A DNA stretch of 15,002 bases from a virus (taxonomy: Duplodnaviria; Heunggongvirae; Uroviricota; Caudoviricetes), in IMG/VR virus record IMGVR_UViG_2579779049_000022; one strand, given 5' to 3'. The notes under the pieces were generated by a model. The model had not been told where the DNA came from. It searched no databases and was given only the letters and a program-made list of their open reading frames with translations. This document shows, one piece after another, positions 1 to 7,773 of this stretch. Position numbers and translations under genes: made by a program. Every line of letters begins with the position of its first letter. Position 1 is the first letter of the stretch.

Positions 1-237
1 TTCACGTTCCAGCTCTTTCAGACGCTGACGTTCAGCGCTGGTGAGCCCACCATCACCGCCCCCGGTATCCCGCTCATGCTGGCGAACCCAGACACGCAGA
101 GTCTCCGGCGTACAGCCAATCTTTGGGGCAATGGAACAAATTGCCGCCCACTGTGAGTCATATTCATCCTGACTTTCCAGAACCATACGAATCGCCCGCT
201 GACGGACTTCGGGGGAAAAACGAGTATTTTTAGTCAT
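1..237 (-). CDS. IS3-family transposase OrfA, N-terminal part (partial, runs off window)
   Basis: ATG at 235-237 (minus) and HTH-type OrfA sequence; same protein as ORF 7828-8103 on the plus strand. Confidence 0.75.
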   Translation of the reverse strand, partial: MTKNTRFSPEVRQRAIRMVLESQDEYDSQWAAICSIAPKIGCTPETLRVWVRQHERDTGGGDGGLTSAERQRLKELERE

Positions 238-291
238 CCTGTTTACCTCTTTCTCAGGGAGTTTAGTCTCCAGGATTTCCGGGGCGGTTCA
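1..291 (-). mobile_element. IS3-family insertion sequence (IS629/IS1203-like), terminal ~290 bp with inverted-repeat end at ~286-291; body continues beyond window start
   Basis: Reverse complement of 1-237 encodes the OrfA N-terminus [30 protein letters not shown]...LKELERE, a recalled IS3-family signature. Bases 1-291 are a near-exact inverted copy of 7774-8064. Shared sequence begins at TGAACCGCCCCGG, a typical IS3-family TG terminus. Confidence 0.75.
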
Positions 292-555
292 GATCCGTCT
301 TCAAATACAGCGTGGCAAATTTTGATAAAGCGCCTGTCGTCGACGATCTTTCTGATTGGTTTTCAAATTGCCAGTTCGCTTGGGATTGTGCTGCTTTCAA
401 CGCCGACTGGGATACTCTTTGACCACGCAGGCTACCAGACAGTTTTCTTCGCAATTTCGGGTATTGTCTGCCTGATGTTGCTATTTGGCATTTTCTTCCT
501 GAGTAAAAAACGCGAGCAAATAGTTATGGAAACGCCTGTACCTTCAGCAATATAG
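292..555 (+). pseudogene. 3' fragment of a membrane (transporter-like) protein gene truncated by the IS insertion
   Basis: The reading frame of ORF 322-555 stays open upstream through the IS junction at 291/292 with no proper start. The product is hydrophobic (LIGFQIASSLGIVLLS...FFAISGIVCLMLLFGIFFLS), typical of a transporter C-terminus. Confidence 0.55.
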
Positions 556-994
556 ACGTAAACTTTTCCGGTTGTTGTCGATATCTCCCTATCCCTCAAC
601 CGGAAAATAATAATACTAAAGTGCTTAGCCTGCTAATAATCACCTAATCCAAACGCCTCATTCATGTTCTGGTACAGTCGCTCAAATGTACTTCAGATGC
701 GCGGTTCGCTGATTTCCAGGACATTGTCGTCATTCAGCGACCTGTCCCGTGTATCACGGTCCTGCGAATTCATCAAGGAATGCATTGCGGAGTGAAGTAT
801 CGAGTCACGCCATATTTCGCTATCAGGATTCTGTGTGATGGTTACATCGCCCGGCCCAGGGCTGTTTAGTCATCAGCGCTTTCTGACAGTGCTGAGATTT
901 CAACCTGTTGCAGTAAAAATGAGTAGATATAAGGCAAGTGTGCTGCCAAACCTATCTTTTACGGGGTGAAGGTAGATTTCGTTTGAAGGGTATC

Positions 995-1069
995 TGGTGT
1001 CCCCTGCAGGAATCGAACCTGCAATTAGCCCTTAGGAGGGGCTCGTTATATCCATTTAACTAAGAGGAC
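995..1069 (-). tRNA. argW: tRNA-Arg (anticodon CCU)
   Basis: Reverse complement of 995-1069 is GTCCTCTTAGTTAAATGGATATAACGAGCCCCTCCTAAGGGCTAATTGCAGGTTCGATTCCTGCAGGGGACACCA: 75 nt with encoded CCA end, T-arm GGTTCGATTCC and anticodon loop CUCCUAAGG. Matches recalled E. coli argW. Confidence 0.92.
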
Positions 1070-1189
1070 GTTGTTGCGTATTGATTTTGGTTGTTCACCA
1101 TATGACTGATAATACCGTCTTTATGGTTTTAAAATCAAGGTGTAAGTTCGTTTTTGTTCATGGTTGATTATCTTCTTTTGCGTTGAAAA

Positions 1190-2434
1190 GTGTTTTGTTC
1201 ACTTGCTAATGCGTACATATTGAGTACAGAATACATTATAAACTTGTGTACAGGATATAAAGCATTGGCACTGAGTGACACCAAACTACGAGGCCTATAC
1301 GGAAAACCCTACTCTGGCCCTGCTGAAATCACCGATGGTGACGGGTTAAGTGTGCGGATTACTCCAGCAGGAACTATCACGTTTCAGTACCGTTATCGCT
1401 GGAATGGTAAGCCAGTACGTCTTACTGTCGGGCGCTATCCGTCCACTTCACTGAAGGACGCACGTGTTATCGTCGGTGAGATGCGCGCATTGTACATGAA
1501 GGGAGTTAACCCTAAAAATTATTTTGCCCCCAGTGATGGCGAATTGACATTAAAAGAATGCTTGGATCAGTGGTGGGATAAGTATGTTAGCGGCCTGAAA
1601 CCCAATACTCAGACGCTTTATAGATCTGTTGTGTACAACACCATGTACACACAGTTTGAAGACTCGCCAGTTGCCGGTATCCCTGTATCGGCCTGGGCTC
1701 GCTTTTTTGACAAACAAGAAAGCCTCAACAAGAAAAAGGCTCGTGTTCTGTTGTTACAACTGCGTTCAGTTATTAACTGGTGTATCAGCCGCCAGTTAAT
1801 CCCATCATGCGAATTACTCAAACTCAGTGTAAAGAATATTGGGAAGAAACCAGATGTGGGGAGTCGCGTACTTACCTATACGGAACTGGCAAAGATCTGG
1901 CTGGCACTGGAGAACTCAAAAGTGGTTACTTCCAACAAGCTGTTACATCAATTGCTATTGCTATGGGGGGCCAGGCTTTCTGAGCTACGTCTCGCTACAG
2001 CCAGTGAGTTCAACATGGAAGATCTGGTCTGGACAACCCCTAAAGAGCATTCAAAGATGGGTAATATTATCCGACGTCCGATATTTACTCAGGTTGAGCC
2101 TTATATTGAGCGATTGCTTAATATCGGATTTGATGTGCTGTTCCCTGGGCAGGAAATAGATAAACCTATTGACCGTTCGTCTGCTAATTTGTACATGAAA
2201 AAACTCAGGGCGAAAATTGATATTCCTGAATGGAGAACGCATGATTTTAGGCGTTCTCTGGTAACGAATTTATCTGGGGAAGGAATTATGCCCCACGTCA
2301 CTGAAAAAATGCTGGGGCATGAACTGGGAGGAGTGATGGCCGTGTATAATAAACACGACTGGTTGTCGGAACAGAAAGATGCGTATGAGTTGTATGCTGA
2401 TAAAATTTTCTGGCACGCTAAACAGCTCGGTTAA
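1190..2434 (+). CDS. Tyrosine-type site-specific integrase (P4-like, N-terminal arm-binding domain)
   Basis: N-terminal LSDTKLRGL...GLSVRITPAGTITFQYRYRWNGKPVRLTVGRYP is integrase arm-binding (DUF4102-like). C-terminal catalytic region has WRTHDFRRS, LGH and AVYNKHDW (R/H-x-x-R/Y motifs). No in-frame ATG near the 5' end, so start is GTG at 1190 or a downstream TTG (~1249/1264). Confidence 0.9.
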   Translation: MFCSLANAYILSTEYIINLCTGYKALALSDTKLRGLYGKPYSGPAEITDGDGLSVRITPAGTITFQYRYRWNGKPVRLTVGRYPSTSLKDARVIVGEMRALYMKGVNPKNYFAPSDGELTLKECLDQWWDKYVSGLKPNTQTLYRSVVYNTMYTQFEDSPVAGIPVSAWARFFDKQESLNKKKARVLLLQLRSVINWCISRQLIPSCELLKLSVKNIGKKPDVGSRVLTYTELAKIWLALENSKVVTSNKLLHQLLLLWGARLSELRLATASEFNMEDLVWTTPKEHSKMGNIIRRPIFTQVEPYIERLLNIGFDVLFPGQEIDKPIDRSSANLYMKKLRAKIDIPEWRTHDFRRSLVTNLSGEGIMPHVTEKMLGHELGGVMAVYNKHDWLSEQKDAYELYADKIFWHAKQLG

Positions 2435-2600
2435 TTCCTCCGGCTTTAAGCCATTGTTCAACGGCCTGACGGCTATATCGCGCCGGATGAGTAAGTACTG
2501 GATCAGGGAATCCGTGTTTTTTTCGCAAATTATACAAAGCTGTGCGCCTTTTTTGTAACAACTCAGAAACTTCTTTTTCGGTCATTAAGTTGATTTCCAT
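2418..2600 (-). CDS. AlpA-family phage transcriptional regulator / excisionase-like small HTH protein
   Basis: 60 aa product MEINLMTEKEVSELLQKRRTALYNLRKKHGFPDPV..., AlpA/excisionase-like HTH. RBS AAGGAG lies 8 nt upstream of the ATG. Convergent with the integrase, with 17 bp 3' overlap. Confidence 0.75.
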   Translation of the reverse strand: MEINLMTEKEVSELLQKRRTALYNLRKKHGFPDPVLTHPARYSRQAVEQWLKAGGINRAV

Positions 2601-2629
2601 AGTATGCTCTCCTTTTCTACATGTTTTTC

Positions 2630-2659
2630 AACAGCATAATAAACCGCCCGAAGGCGGTT
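2630..2659 (-). terminator. Rho-independent terminator candidate for the leftward operon
   Basis: Hairpin AACCGCC-cgaa-GGCGGTT (2642-2659) followed on the minus strand by a U-rich tract (UUUAUUAUG), directly after the stop of ORF 2661-2912. Confidence 0.5.
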
Positions 2660-2660
2660 G

Positions 2661-2912
2661 TTAGTTGATTGATGTACGGCGCATTTTTCGAAGGCTGGCA
2701 ATATGCTTTTCCTTCTCAATTTCCGCTTTAATCATATGCAGTTCGTTGTGCTCTATTCGCTCAAATTCTTCATTAAATGCACCAATTGAAGTGGCTCTGG
2801 TTCTGCCGTCGAGCCTTCGGTAGATCACCTGAGTCAGAGTTACCTTGCATATTTCTACCGGATAGTTGTTGGCATCAACGAAAGACTGCCCGCGCTGGAT
2901 CAGGACGAACAC
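2661..2912 (-). CDS. Hypothetical protein (GTG start)
   Basis: 83-codon ORF in the minus-strand operon, 13 bp overlap with the upstream ORF. No recognisable motif. May be one frameshifted gene together with 2900-3133. Confidence 0.4.
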   Translation of the reverse strand: MFVLIQRGQSFVDANNYPVEICKVTLTQVIYRRLDGRTRATSIGAFNEEFERIEHNELHMIKAEIEKEKHIASLRKMRRTSIN

Positions 2913-3133
2913 TGGTTGTATTCCTTGAGTGCCATATCATAAACACGGCATGCCGAGAGGTGTGTTGTAGTCAACGTCGTTCGTATCCTGAAAAGTCCAT
3001 GTGTTGTGACGGTAACTTCCGGGGCTTTGAGTTTCACTGCATCAACGATATGCTGATGTTTGCGGCTTTCGAATATAGAGCTGGAGATAACCACACTTGC
3101 TGTTAAACCGTAACTTTCAAATGTGATTTTCAT
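2900..3133 (-). CDS. Hypothetical protein (77 aa; start trimmed to MKITFESYG)
   Basis: RBS GAGGA 7 nt upstream of the ATG at 3131-3133. The longer 126 aa ORF in the track has an implausible N-terminal extension through AT-rich promoter-like sequence. Confidence 0.45.
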   Translation of the reverse strand: MKITFESYGLTASVVISSSIFESRKHQHIVDAVKLKAPEVTVTTHGLFRIRTTLTTTHLSACRVYDMALKEYNQCSS

Positions 3134-3276
3134 GTCATTATCCTCGCAGTTATCCGGGCAACAAAAATAAATAATGTTGTTCCTGCGAATAACAGGATAC
3201 CGCCCTTCATTAGAGAAAGGAAAAACAATATTAATGTACGCGGGTTGTTTCTCAAAATATTCTCTCTGTGATTCGC

Positions 3277-3648
3277 TCACTCTGACAATTCGTTGATCAA
3301 GTCACGGTATTTATTCAGTTCTTGCAGCGCCTTACATGCACCCTCCCATCGTTTCTGTTTCCGCCCGGCGCGACGCGCTTCTTTCCGTGATTTACGTAGC
3401 AGGTCACCTATAATGTTGTGCTGCACTGGCTGCACTGGCTGCACTGGCTGCACTGAGGCGATATTTGGTTTTTTGTCCACTTCCCTTGCAACTGCCTGCC
3501 AGATGCCATTTTTTACAGTTACTACCCCCTGGTTTTTTAACTTCCATAGAGTGTCAATAACGTCATTCAAATCAATATTGAGACCTTTAGAAATACTTTC
3601 GGCTGATGCTTTTCCTAATTTGTTCAATTCTGTGAGCACTGCGTTCAT
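3277..3648 (-). CDS. Hypothetical protein with winged-helix-like N-terminus and internal (VQP)n repeat
   Basis: RBS AGGAG 6 nt upstream of the ATG. N-terminal region MNAVLTELNKLGKASAESISKGLNIDLNDVIDTLWKLKNQGVV looks like a DNA-binding wHTH. Basic C-terminus. Contains the 9-bp tandem repeat. Confidence 0.6.
   Translation of the reverse strand: MNAVLTELNKLGKASAESISKGLNIDLNDVIDTLWKLKNQGVVTVKNGIWQAVAREVDKKPNIASVQPVQPVQPVQHNIIGDLLRKSRKEARRAGRKQKRWEGACKALQELNKYRDLINELSE
3421..3456. repeat. Tandem repeat, 9-bp unit CTGCACTGG x4 (last copy CTGCACTGA)
   Basis: Direct reading of 3421-3456. Encodes VQPVQPVQPVQ in the minus-strand ORF 3277-3648. Confidence 0.9.
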
Positions 3649-3683
3649 TTTTTTCTCCTGATATTTTAATGTCGGTGGGGCTG

Positions 3684-3878
3684 TTATACGGTTGGTGAGG
3701 TGTCAGCTTCTTCTACCAGCTTTTCCAGTTCATCCAGCTTTCGGGAAAGAATTTCACCAAACAGATGAAGTTCTGCATCTGCTGTAATCGGGATTGGAAC
3801 AAATCGTATTCCACTTCTGGCAAGTTGATTTGCGATTTCCAGACACTGCCTTAATTCAACTGGTGATGCCTTTGTCAA
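3684..3878 (-). CDS. Hypothetical acidic small protein; start uncertain (TTG 3878, or ATG 3980 with 125 bp overlap of the methyltransferase gene)
   Basis: Protein-like ORF (...VELRQCLEIANQLARSGIRFVPIPITADAELHLFGEILSRKLDELEKLVEEADTSPTV) in a different frame from the MT-A70 3' end. No convincing SD at either candidate start. Confidence 0.35.
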   Translation of the reverse strand: MTKASPVELRQCLEIANQLARSGIRFVPIPITADAELHLFGEILSRKLDELEKLVEEADTSPTV

Positions 3879-4482
3879 CGTCGTTTTTTCGCTTATTGGT
3901 TTTCTCCAGAAATTTAACAATACCCGGAACCATCTCAATGGATGGTGTGCCGCATTGGTTACCCCATACATCAAATCCATGCGAGGTGTGGCGGGCGAAC
4001 AGTTCTATCCGGGGAACATCGCCAAGAAGTTGCACAAGTTTTTCTCGAGCCATATCCGGCTTGCGGGAGTGATCAAGGCGCGGTGCAGTGAATGACTGGA
4101 TTATTCCGGCGTTAATGCGTTCGGGCAGATTTCCTTTCACTGCAAAAAGGCAGTCTTCGCTGTTAGCGCGAGTGGTGCTACCCATACCCATGACCAGCTT
4201 GTCGGTCTGTCTTTTCCCGCATTTGTTCCAGGTTAATCCTTTCATCGTCACCAGACGAAAGCCCCACGCTTCTACAACCTTCAATGCTTCAAGTGGTTGT
4301 GTAGGCACCCACCACATAGACAACAGGCAATTATCGGCTGCCAGTTCCCATACCGGGAGGCGGCAGATATCCAGAAGACTCATGACCGGATATTTAAAAC
4401 TTGCACCGCGTTGACCATCGGTTGCTTTGTCGCGGAATGTCCAGGGGGGATCTGCGTAAATGAGGGTGTATTTTTTCGTCAT
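3856..4482 (-). CDS. MT-A70 family DNA N6-adenine methyltransferase (phage Dam-like)
   Basis: N-terminal LIYADPPW (DPPW catalytic motif) and C-terminal FDVWGNQ, characteristic of the MT-A70 family. ATGA start/stop overlap with the upstream gene at 4479-4482. Confidence 0.85.
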   Translation of the reverse strand: MTKKYTLIYADPPWTFRDKATDGQRGASFKYPVMSLLDICRLPVWELAADNCLLSMWWVPTQPLEALKVVEAWGFRLVTMKGLTWNKCGKRQTDKLVMGMGSTTRANSEDCLFAVKGNLPERINAGIIQSFTAPRLDHSRKPDMAREKLVQLLGDVPRIELFARHTSHGFDVWGNQCGTPSIEMVPGIVKFLEKTNKRKNDVDKGITS

Positions 4483-4910
4483 AGCGCGTTTTCAAACTCA
4501 TCAATGTAAAGTCCTGCTTTAATCAGTCGGCGACGGCGTTCGGCCTTTTGCACGTATTCCTCGCGACAGTTTTTTGCTGCGTGTTCACGGCTTCTGCGAC
4601 TGAATGGAGGAACGGCATTGCGTGAGCGAGGTGTGTCACGACGAGGATTTGATTCGAGGGAGAAAAAGCGATCAACGATTCCGGTGTCTGTGGTGAATGG
4701 TTCTGAAGCCTTTATTTTCACAACCTTACTGCCCTTTGTCAGGCCGCGAGCTACCTTGTTGAACTCGCAAAGTGAAACACCAAATTTCTCTGCTATTTCA
4801 CTGCCAGTAACAGGACGACCACGAGACTGAATCATCCAGGTGACGCGTTCTTTTAACCCACGGAAGGCACCGGGCCTTCCAGAACGCCTGTAGAAAGCGA
4901 TCTGTTTCAA
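4479..4910 (-). CDS. Hypothetical basic protein, possible DNA-binding (TTG start)
   Basis: GGAGA RBS 7 nt upstream of TTG 4910. Segment RPVTGSEIAEKFGVSLCEFNKVARGL is HTH-like. Arg-rich C-terminus. Stop overlaps the methyltransferase start. Confidence 0.5.
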   Translation of the reverse strand: MKQIAFYRRSGRPGAFRGLKERVTWMIQSRGRPVTGSEIAEKFGVSLCEFNKVARGLTKGSKVVKIKASEPFTTDTGIVDRFFSLESNPRRDTPRSRNAVPPFSRRSREHAAKNCREEYVQKAERRRRLIKAGLYIDEFENAL

Positions 4911-4924
4911 ATTTTTGTCTCCAG

Positions 4925-4952
4925 ATATGAAAACCCCGACGGGATGTCGGGG
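4925..4952 (-). terminator. Rho-independent terminator candidate downstream of the antirepressor-like gene
   Basis: Hairpin CCCCGAC-n5-GTCGGGG (4934-4952) followed on the minus strand by UUUUC. Confidence 0.5.
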
Positions 4953-4965
4953 ATGGTAGGGGAAG

Positions 4966-5604
4966 TTACAGGCTTAACGAGAAGCCTTTTCGGGAATTTC
5001 GATCTGACAATCTTGAAATATCCTGTAGCGTGCGGCGCATTTCTTCCGTCAGATGCTTGAAGGCGTTAAATTCAGCGACAGCGGCGTCAACGTTATAGCC
5101 TTTGCTGTGTAGCTCATTGAGGATGCGCATAGTTGGGCTTGGCATGTCGAAGAGCACAGAAACGTCCAGGTTAAGAGTTTTTCGATCAACATAGCTCATC
5201 ATGGAGTAGGGGTGGTGCTCTGAAAACCACGATAGAGGGTAGTTGATGTTCATTGGTGCAGGTAAAAGGCTCTGGCGAAGTTTCTTTTCGCACTCGATGA
5301 AGTATCGGCGGATCTGGCGGCCTTTTTCGTTACGCTCAACCATCGCCAGTTCTTTGGCTGTGTCGAGAGTTAGGTGGTAGTCCTTGCTACGGCGATCACC
5401 TCCTCGCCCTTTGGTTTGCCCATTTTGGCAAATCAAAATATAGTCCTGGCTTTCAACGAATCCATATTCAGCAATGCGTTCTTTAACCCAGTGCGCGAAC
5501 ATTCTGCCCACACCAAGAAAAGAGTGTAGATCACGAGCGTTAACTAGAAGAATTGTTTCGTTGTCGATAGTGCCGTTGAATACGGGGATGAGTTGACTGG
5601 TCAT
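4966..5604 (-). CDS. Phage antirepressor-like protein (AntA/Bro-N-type N-terminal domain)
   Basis: Strong RBS AAGGAGG 5 nt upstream of ATG 5604 (the track ORF starts 10 codons earlier without an RBS). N-terminal NARDLHSFLGVGRMFAHWVKERIAEYGFVESQDY resembles the antirepressor/Bro-N family. Confidence 0.65.
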   Translation of the reverse strand: MTSQLIPVFNGTIDNETILLVNARDLHSFLGVGRMFAHWVKERIAEYGFVESQDYILICQNGQTKGRGGDRRSKDYHLTLDTAKELAMVERNEKGRQIRRYFIECEKKLRQSLLPAPMNINYPLSWFSEHHPYSMMSYVDRKTLNLDVSVLFDMPSPTMRILNELHSKGYNVDAAVAEFNAFKHLTEEMRRTLQDISRLSDRNSRKGFSLSL

Positions 5605-5633
5605 GATGACCTCCTTTGAAGTTTTAGTTAGCA

Positions 5634-5656
5634 ATCACCAGTTAGTGGCTGGTGAT
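5634..5656. promoter_or_regulatory. Palindrome ATCACCAG-N7-CTGGTGAT in the 5' region of the antirepressor-like gene (candidate operator)
   Basis: Perfect 8-bp inverted repeat read directly. It lies between a TTGACA hexamer (minus strand, 5661-5666) and the gene's RBS. Confidence 0.3.
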
Positions 5657-5959
5657 CGGGTGTCAACTAGAGCCTTCAAAGATGCTCCGGGCATATTCCC
5701 CTTGCGGGTATTGTATTACGCCTCTCCACCCGACCTTTGTACGGATGTGACTATGCCAAATTGCAGGCATAAAAAAGCCGCAAAGCTATCGGGTGCGGAT
5801 GACCGCTTTGAAGTTCTAGTGCGGTCAGTATGCGATAGCTCTGGCGGATTTGTCAAATCATGTAGGCCTTATCTTGCTGTAAGCCGCGCCATTCGGGCTT
5901 TTCCCCAGATTTGGGGGAAACTATCTGCGAAGTATTCACCTTTGACGGCAAGTTGCAGG

Positions 5960-6856
5960 TTAGCCACGGTTAACCTCCTGCGGCGGTTCTGGTAGCGGCA
6001 TCCAGTGTGTTACCTGCTCAACACCATTGCCCGGCTTAATCGTTGCTTCTCCTCGCCGAAAGGTGCTTCCGGTATAGCGTGCGGAGCATATTAGCGGCTC
6101 AACCAGATCACTATCGAAATTCACCGAAATAAGTACGTTCTGATTCTTTTTCGGCATTCGCTCACTACAGCTTATCCAACTATCCGGAGTTACCGGATAG
6201 TTGCCCGATAGTGCATTCTGCTCCAGTGATGCTTTTACAAACCACGCTGCCTGAACTATAACGCCATGAATCCAGCGCAAATCAGCATCGCGATCTTTCT
6301 TTTTCATCTTTTCGCCACTTAAGGCCTTGCTTATGTGGCTGCGTACCAGGTCTTCATGTAATTCCTTCGCCTCCTCAATGGTGAAACCACCAGGCAGAAG
6401 AGCCGGAGTTACCGGAGAGCTGGTTGACGCTTCCGGGATTTTTCGAAAATTATTGGTTGACGAATCTTTATTTTCCCGAAAGTTTCCGGACTGAAGCATG
6501 GCTTCGCGGCAATCGTTCCAGCCTGTAGCGTATGCAGCCGCTTTGCTGCTGCCTTCAACTGGCGCATCCTGCCAATACATTTCTTCCGGCACTATCGGCG
6601 CTGGAGGGGCGGCAAATAGATATCCGCCAAAGTCAGGAAGCTCTCTAATGGCCTGTACGAATTTTTGTTTGCCTACGTCAACCCCTAATGGGTAATGAGC
6701 TATAATCTTTGCCACCGGCTCTGCTTCCAGCGATGCCAGCGCAATCCGTGCCAGCTCTTCCGCTTCTTCTGCTGGAAGCACAACGTTGCTACCCGGTCCG
6801 TATGTTTCGCGCCAATGCTGGATTGTCAGCAGTCGCTCTTTGGTAAAAGTGGTCAT
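5960..6856 (-). CDS. DUF551-domain phage protein
   Basis: C-terminal WISCSERMP...HWMPLPEPP matches the recalled DUF551 signature. RBS AAGGTGA upstream of the ATG at 6856. Confidence 0.7.
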   Translation of the reverse strand: MTTFTKERLLTIQHWRETYGPGSNVVLPAEEAEELARIALASLEAEPVAKIIAHYPLGVDVGKQKFVQAIRELPDFGGYLFAAPPAPIVPEEMYWQDAPVEGSSKAAAYATGWNDCREAMLQSGNFRENKDSSTNNFRKIPEASTSSPVTPALLPGGFTIEEAKELHEDLVRSHISKALSGEKMKKKDRDADLRWIHGVIVQAAWFVKASLEQNALSGNYPVTPDSWISCSERMPKKNQNVLISVNFDSDLVEPLICSARYTGSTFRRGEATIKPGNGVEQVTHWMPLPEPPQEVNRG

Positions 6857-6858
6857 AG

Positions 6859-7050
6859 CTATTTCACCTTAATCTCAACATTTCGCAGCTTTAGCTCTAC
6901 TGGCAGGTCTGACTTTCCTGTTAATGCTAATGCGAGATTTTCTGGAGTAGTGAGAACAGTTATTGTTTTCCCCCTCGCCAGACGAATAATCATGTGTATC
7001 TCGCTATCGTCACATGCTCCTGGTCGAACAATTGAGATTTGTCCGTTCAT
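6859..7050 (-). CDS. Small hypothetical protein (63 aa), translationally coupled
   Basis: ATG at 7048-7050 lies 1 nt after the TGA stop of the upstream gene, with AAGGAG 6 nt upstream. The longer track ORF would need a start inside the upstream gene. Confidence 0.5.
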   Translation of the reverse strand: MNGQISIVRPGACDDSEIHMIIRLARGKTITVLTTPENLALALTGKSDLPVELKLRNVEIKVK

Positions 7051-7051
7051 C

Positions 7052-7459
7052 TCACTCTCCTTTGATGCGAATGCCAGTAGCGCGGATTGCATCGATGACT
7101 TCAGAAACTTTGTATGCCATTACCGTTTGGTAATCATCGTGAAAATCTGTTCGATGAAGCATGCTGCTACGTTCCGGGAGCAGTATTTCCCGCGCTTCCA
7201 GTTCTGCAATGCGCTTTTTTGCTGCTTCCAGTTCATCCAGTAATTCCAGCACGGTAGCCGGATTAGCCTTGGCAACAAAATCCCGGACTGGCTTACAATC
7301 AATCTCCGCAATGGGTTGATACGATGTGTAGCCATGCTGTCTTGTATAACTACCGTGACGAATAACGAAAAAATCACCATTTATTTTTTTAGCCTGCCAC
7401 TTATCTTCACCGGCTTTCTCTGCCGCTTCACGCAGTGCCTGATAGTCAATCTTGCTCAC
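7052..7459 (-). CDS. ead/Ea22-like family prophage protein (paralogue 1; GTG start)
   Basis: Coiled-coil motif ANPATVLELLDELEAAKKRIAELEAREILLP and C-terminal AIRATGIRIKGE. AGGAGG 6 nt upstream of GTG 7457-7459, which overlaps the upstream stop (GTGA). Paralogous to 9308-9769. Confidence 0.6.
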   Translation of the reverse strand: MSKIDYQALREAAEKAGEDKWQAKKINGDFFVIRHGSYTRQHGYTSYQPIAEIDCKPVRDFVAKANPATVLELLDELEAAKKRIAELEAREILLPERSSMLHRTDFHDDYQTVMAYKVSEVIDAIRATGIRIKGE

Positions 7460-7773
7460 TGGTTGCCTCCTTTGCGAAGCCGTTCCGCCCATTCTTCAAG
7501 GGATTTCTCTGCATATTCACCGGACAGGCCATCAATCGGATGCGATTCATTAGCTAACTCTTCTTTTGCTGACAGAATCATGCGCGTAACGTCGAAAACT
7601 TCACGTAAAGACTTATTGATAAATCCGTGGTTGAAAGCAGCAGCAAGACGGCTTGCGGTATAGTTAATCCCCTCGTTGCGAGCCTCCGCACGAATTTCAG
7701 CCAGAAAAGCATCGGTGGCTGGAATTTGCGGCATCCCTCCATCTGTTGCGCAGATATACGCATCAGATAGCTC
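7456..7773 (-). pseudogene. 3' portion of a prophage gene whose 5' end was removed by the IS insertion at 7774
   Basis: Frame is open upstream of the first ATG (7734) right up to the IS junction at 7773/7774. The Met at 7734 has an SD too close to be functional. Confidence 0.5.

Noticed and set aside
263-454. Minus-strand 63-aa ORF spanning the IS junction
   Set aside because: It crosses the IS end into flanking DNA and is antisense to the truncated membrane-protein frame. An artefact of the junction.
2777-4509. Plus-strand ORFs 2777-3106, 3293-3661, 3794-4072, 4088-4414, 4297-4509
   Set aside because: All are antisense shadows of the minus-strand operon, with Cys-rich or low-complexity products and no RBS.
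4966-5634. Longer antirepressor ORF starting at ATG 5634
   Set aside because: No RBS, while ATG 5604 is preceded by AAGGAGG at 5 nt.
5603-5995. Plus-strand 130-aa ORF in the antirepressor upstream region
   Set aside because: No start signals, overlaps neighbouring gene ends, and the product is low-complexity. Treated as non-coding regulatory DNA.
6695-7243. Plus-strand 182-aa ORF
   Set aside because: Antisense to three well-supported coupled minus-strand genes. Cys/Phe-rich shadow-frame product.
7052-7492. Longer 146-aa version of the Ea22-like ORF starting at ATG 7492
   Set aside because: The extension overlaps the upstream gene by 37 bp and has no RBS, whereas GTG 7459 has AGGAGG at ideal spacing and overlaps the upstream stop.
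292-7773. IS-mediated inversion of the block between the two inverted IS copies as the explanation for the odd argW/integrase orientation
   Set aside because: Genes on both sides of the internal IS copy (2661-7773 and 8104-12354) are on the same strand and form one coherent leftward operon, so the block has not been flipped relative to the rest of the prophage.
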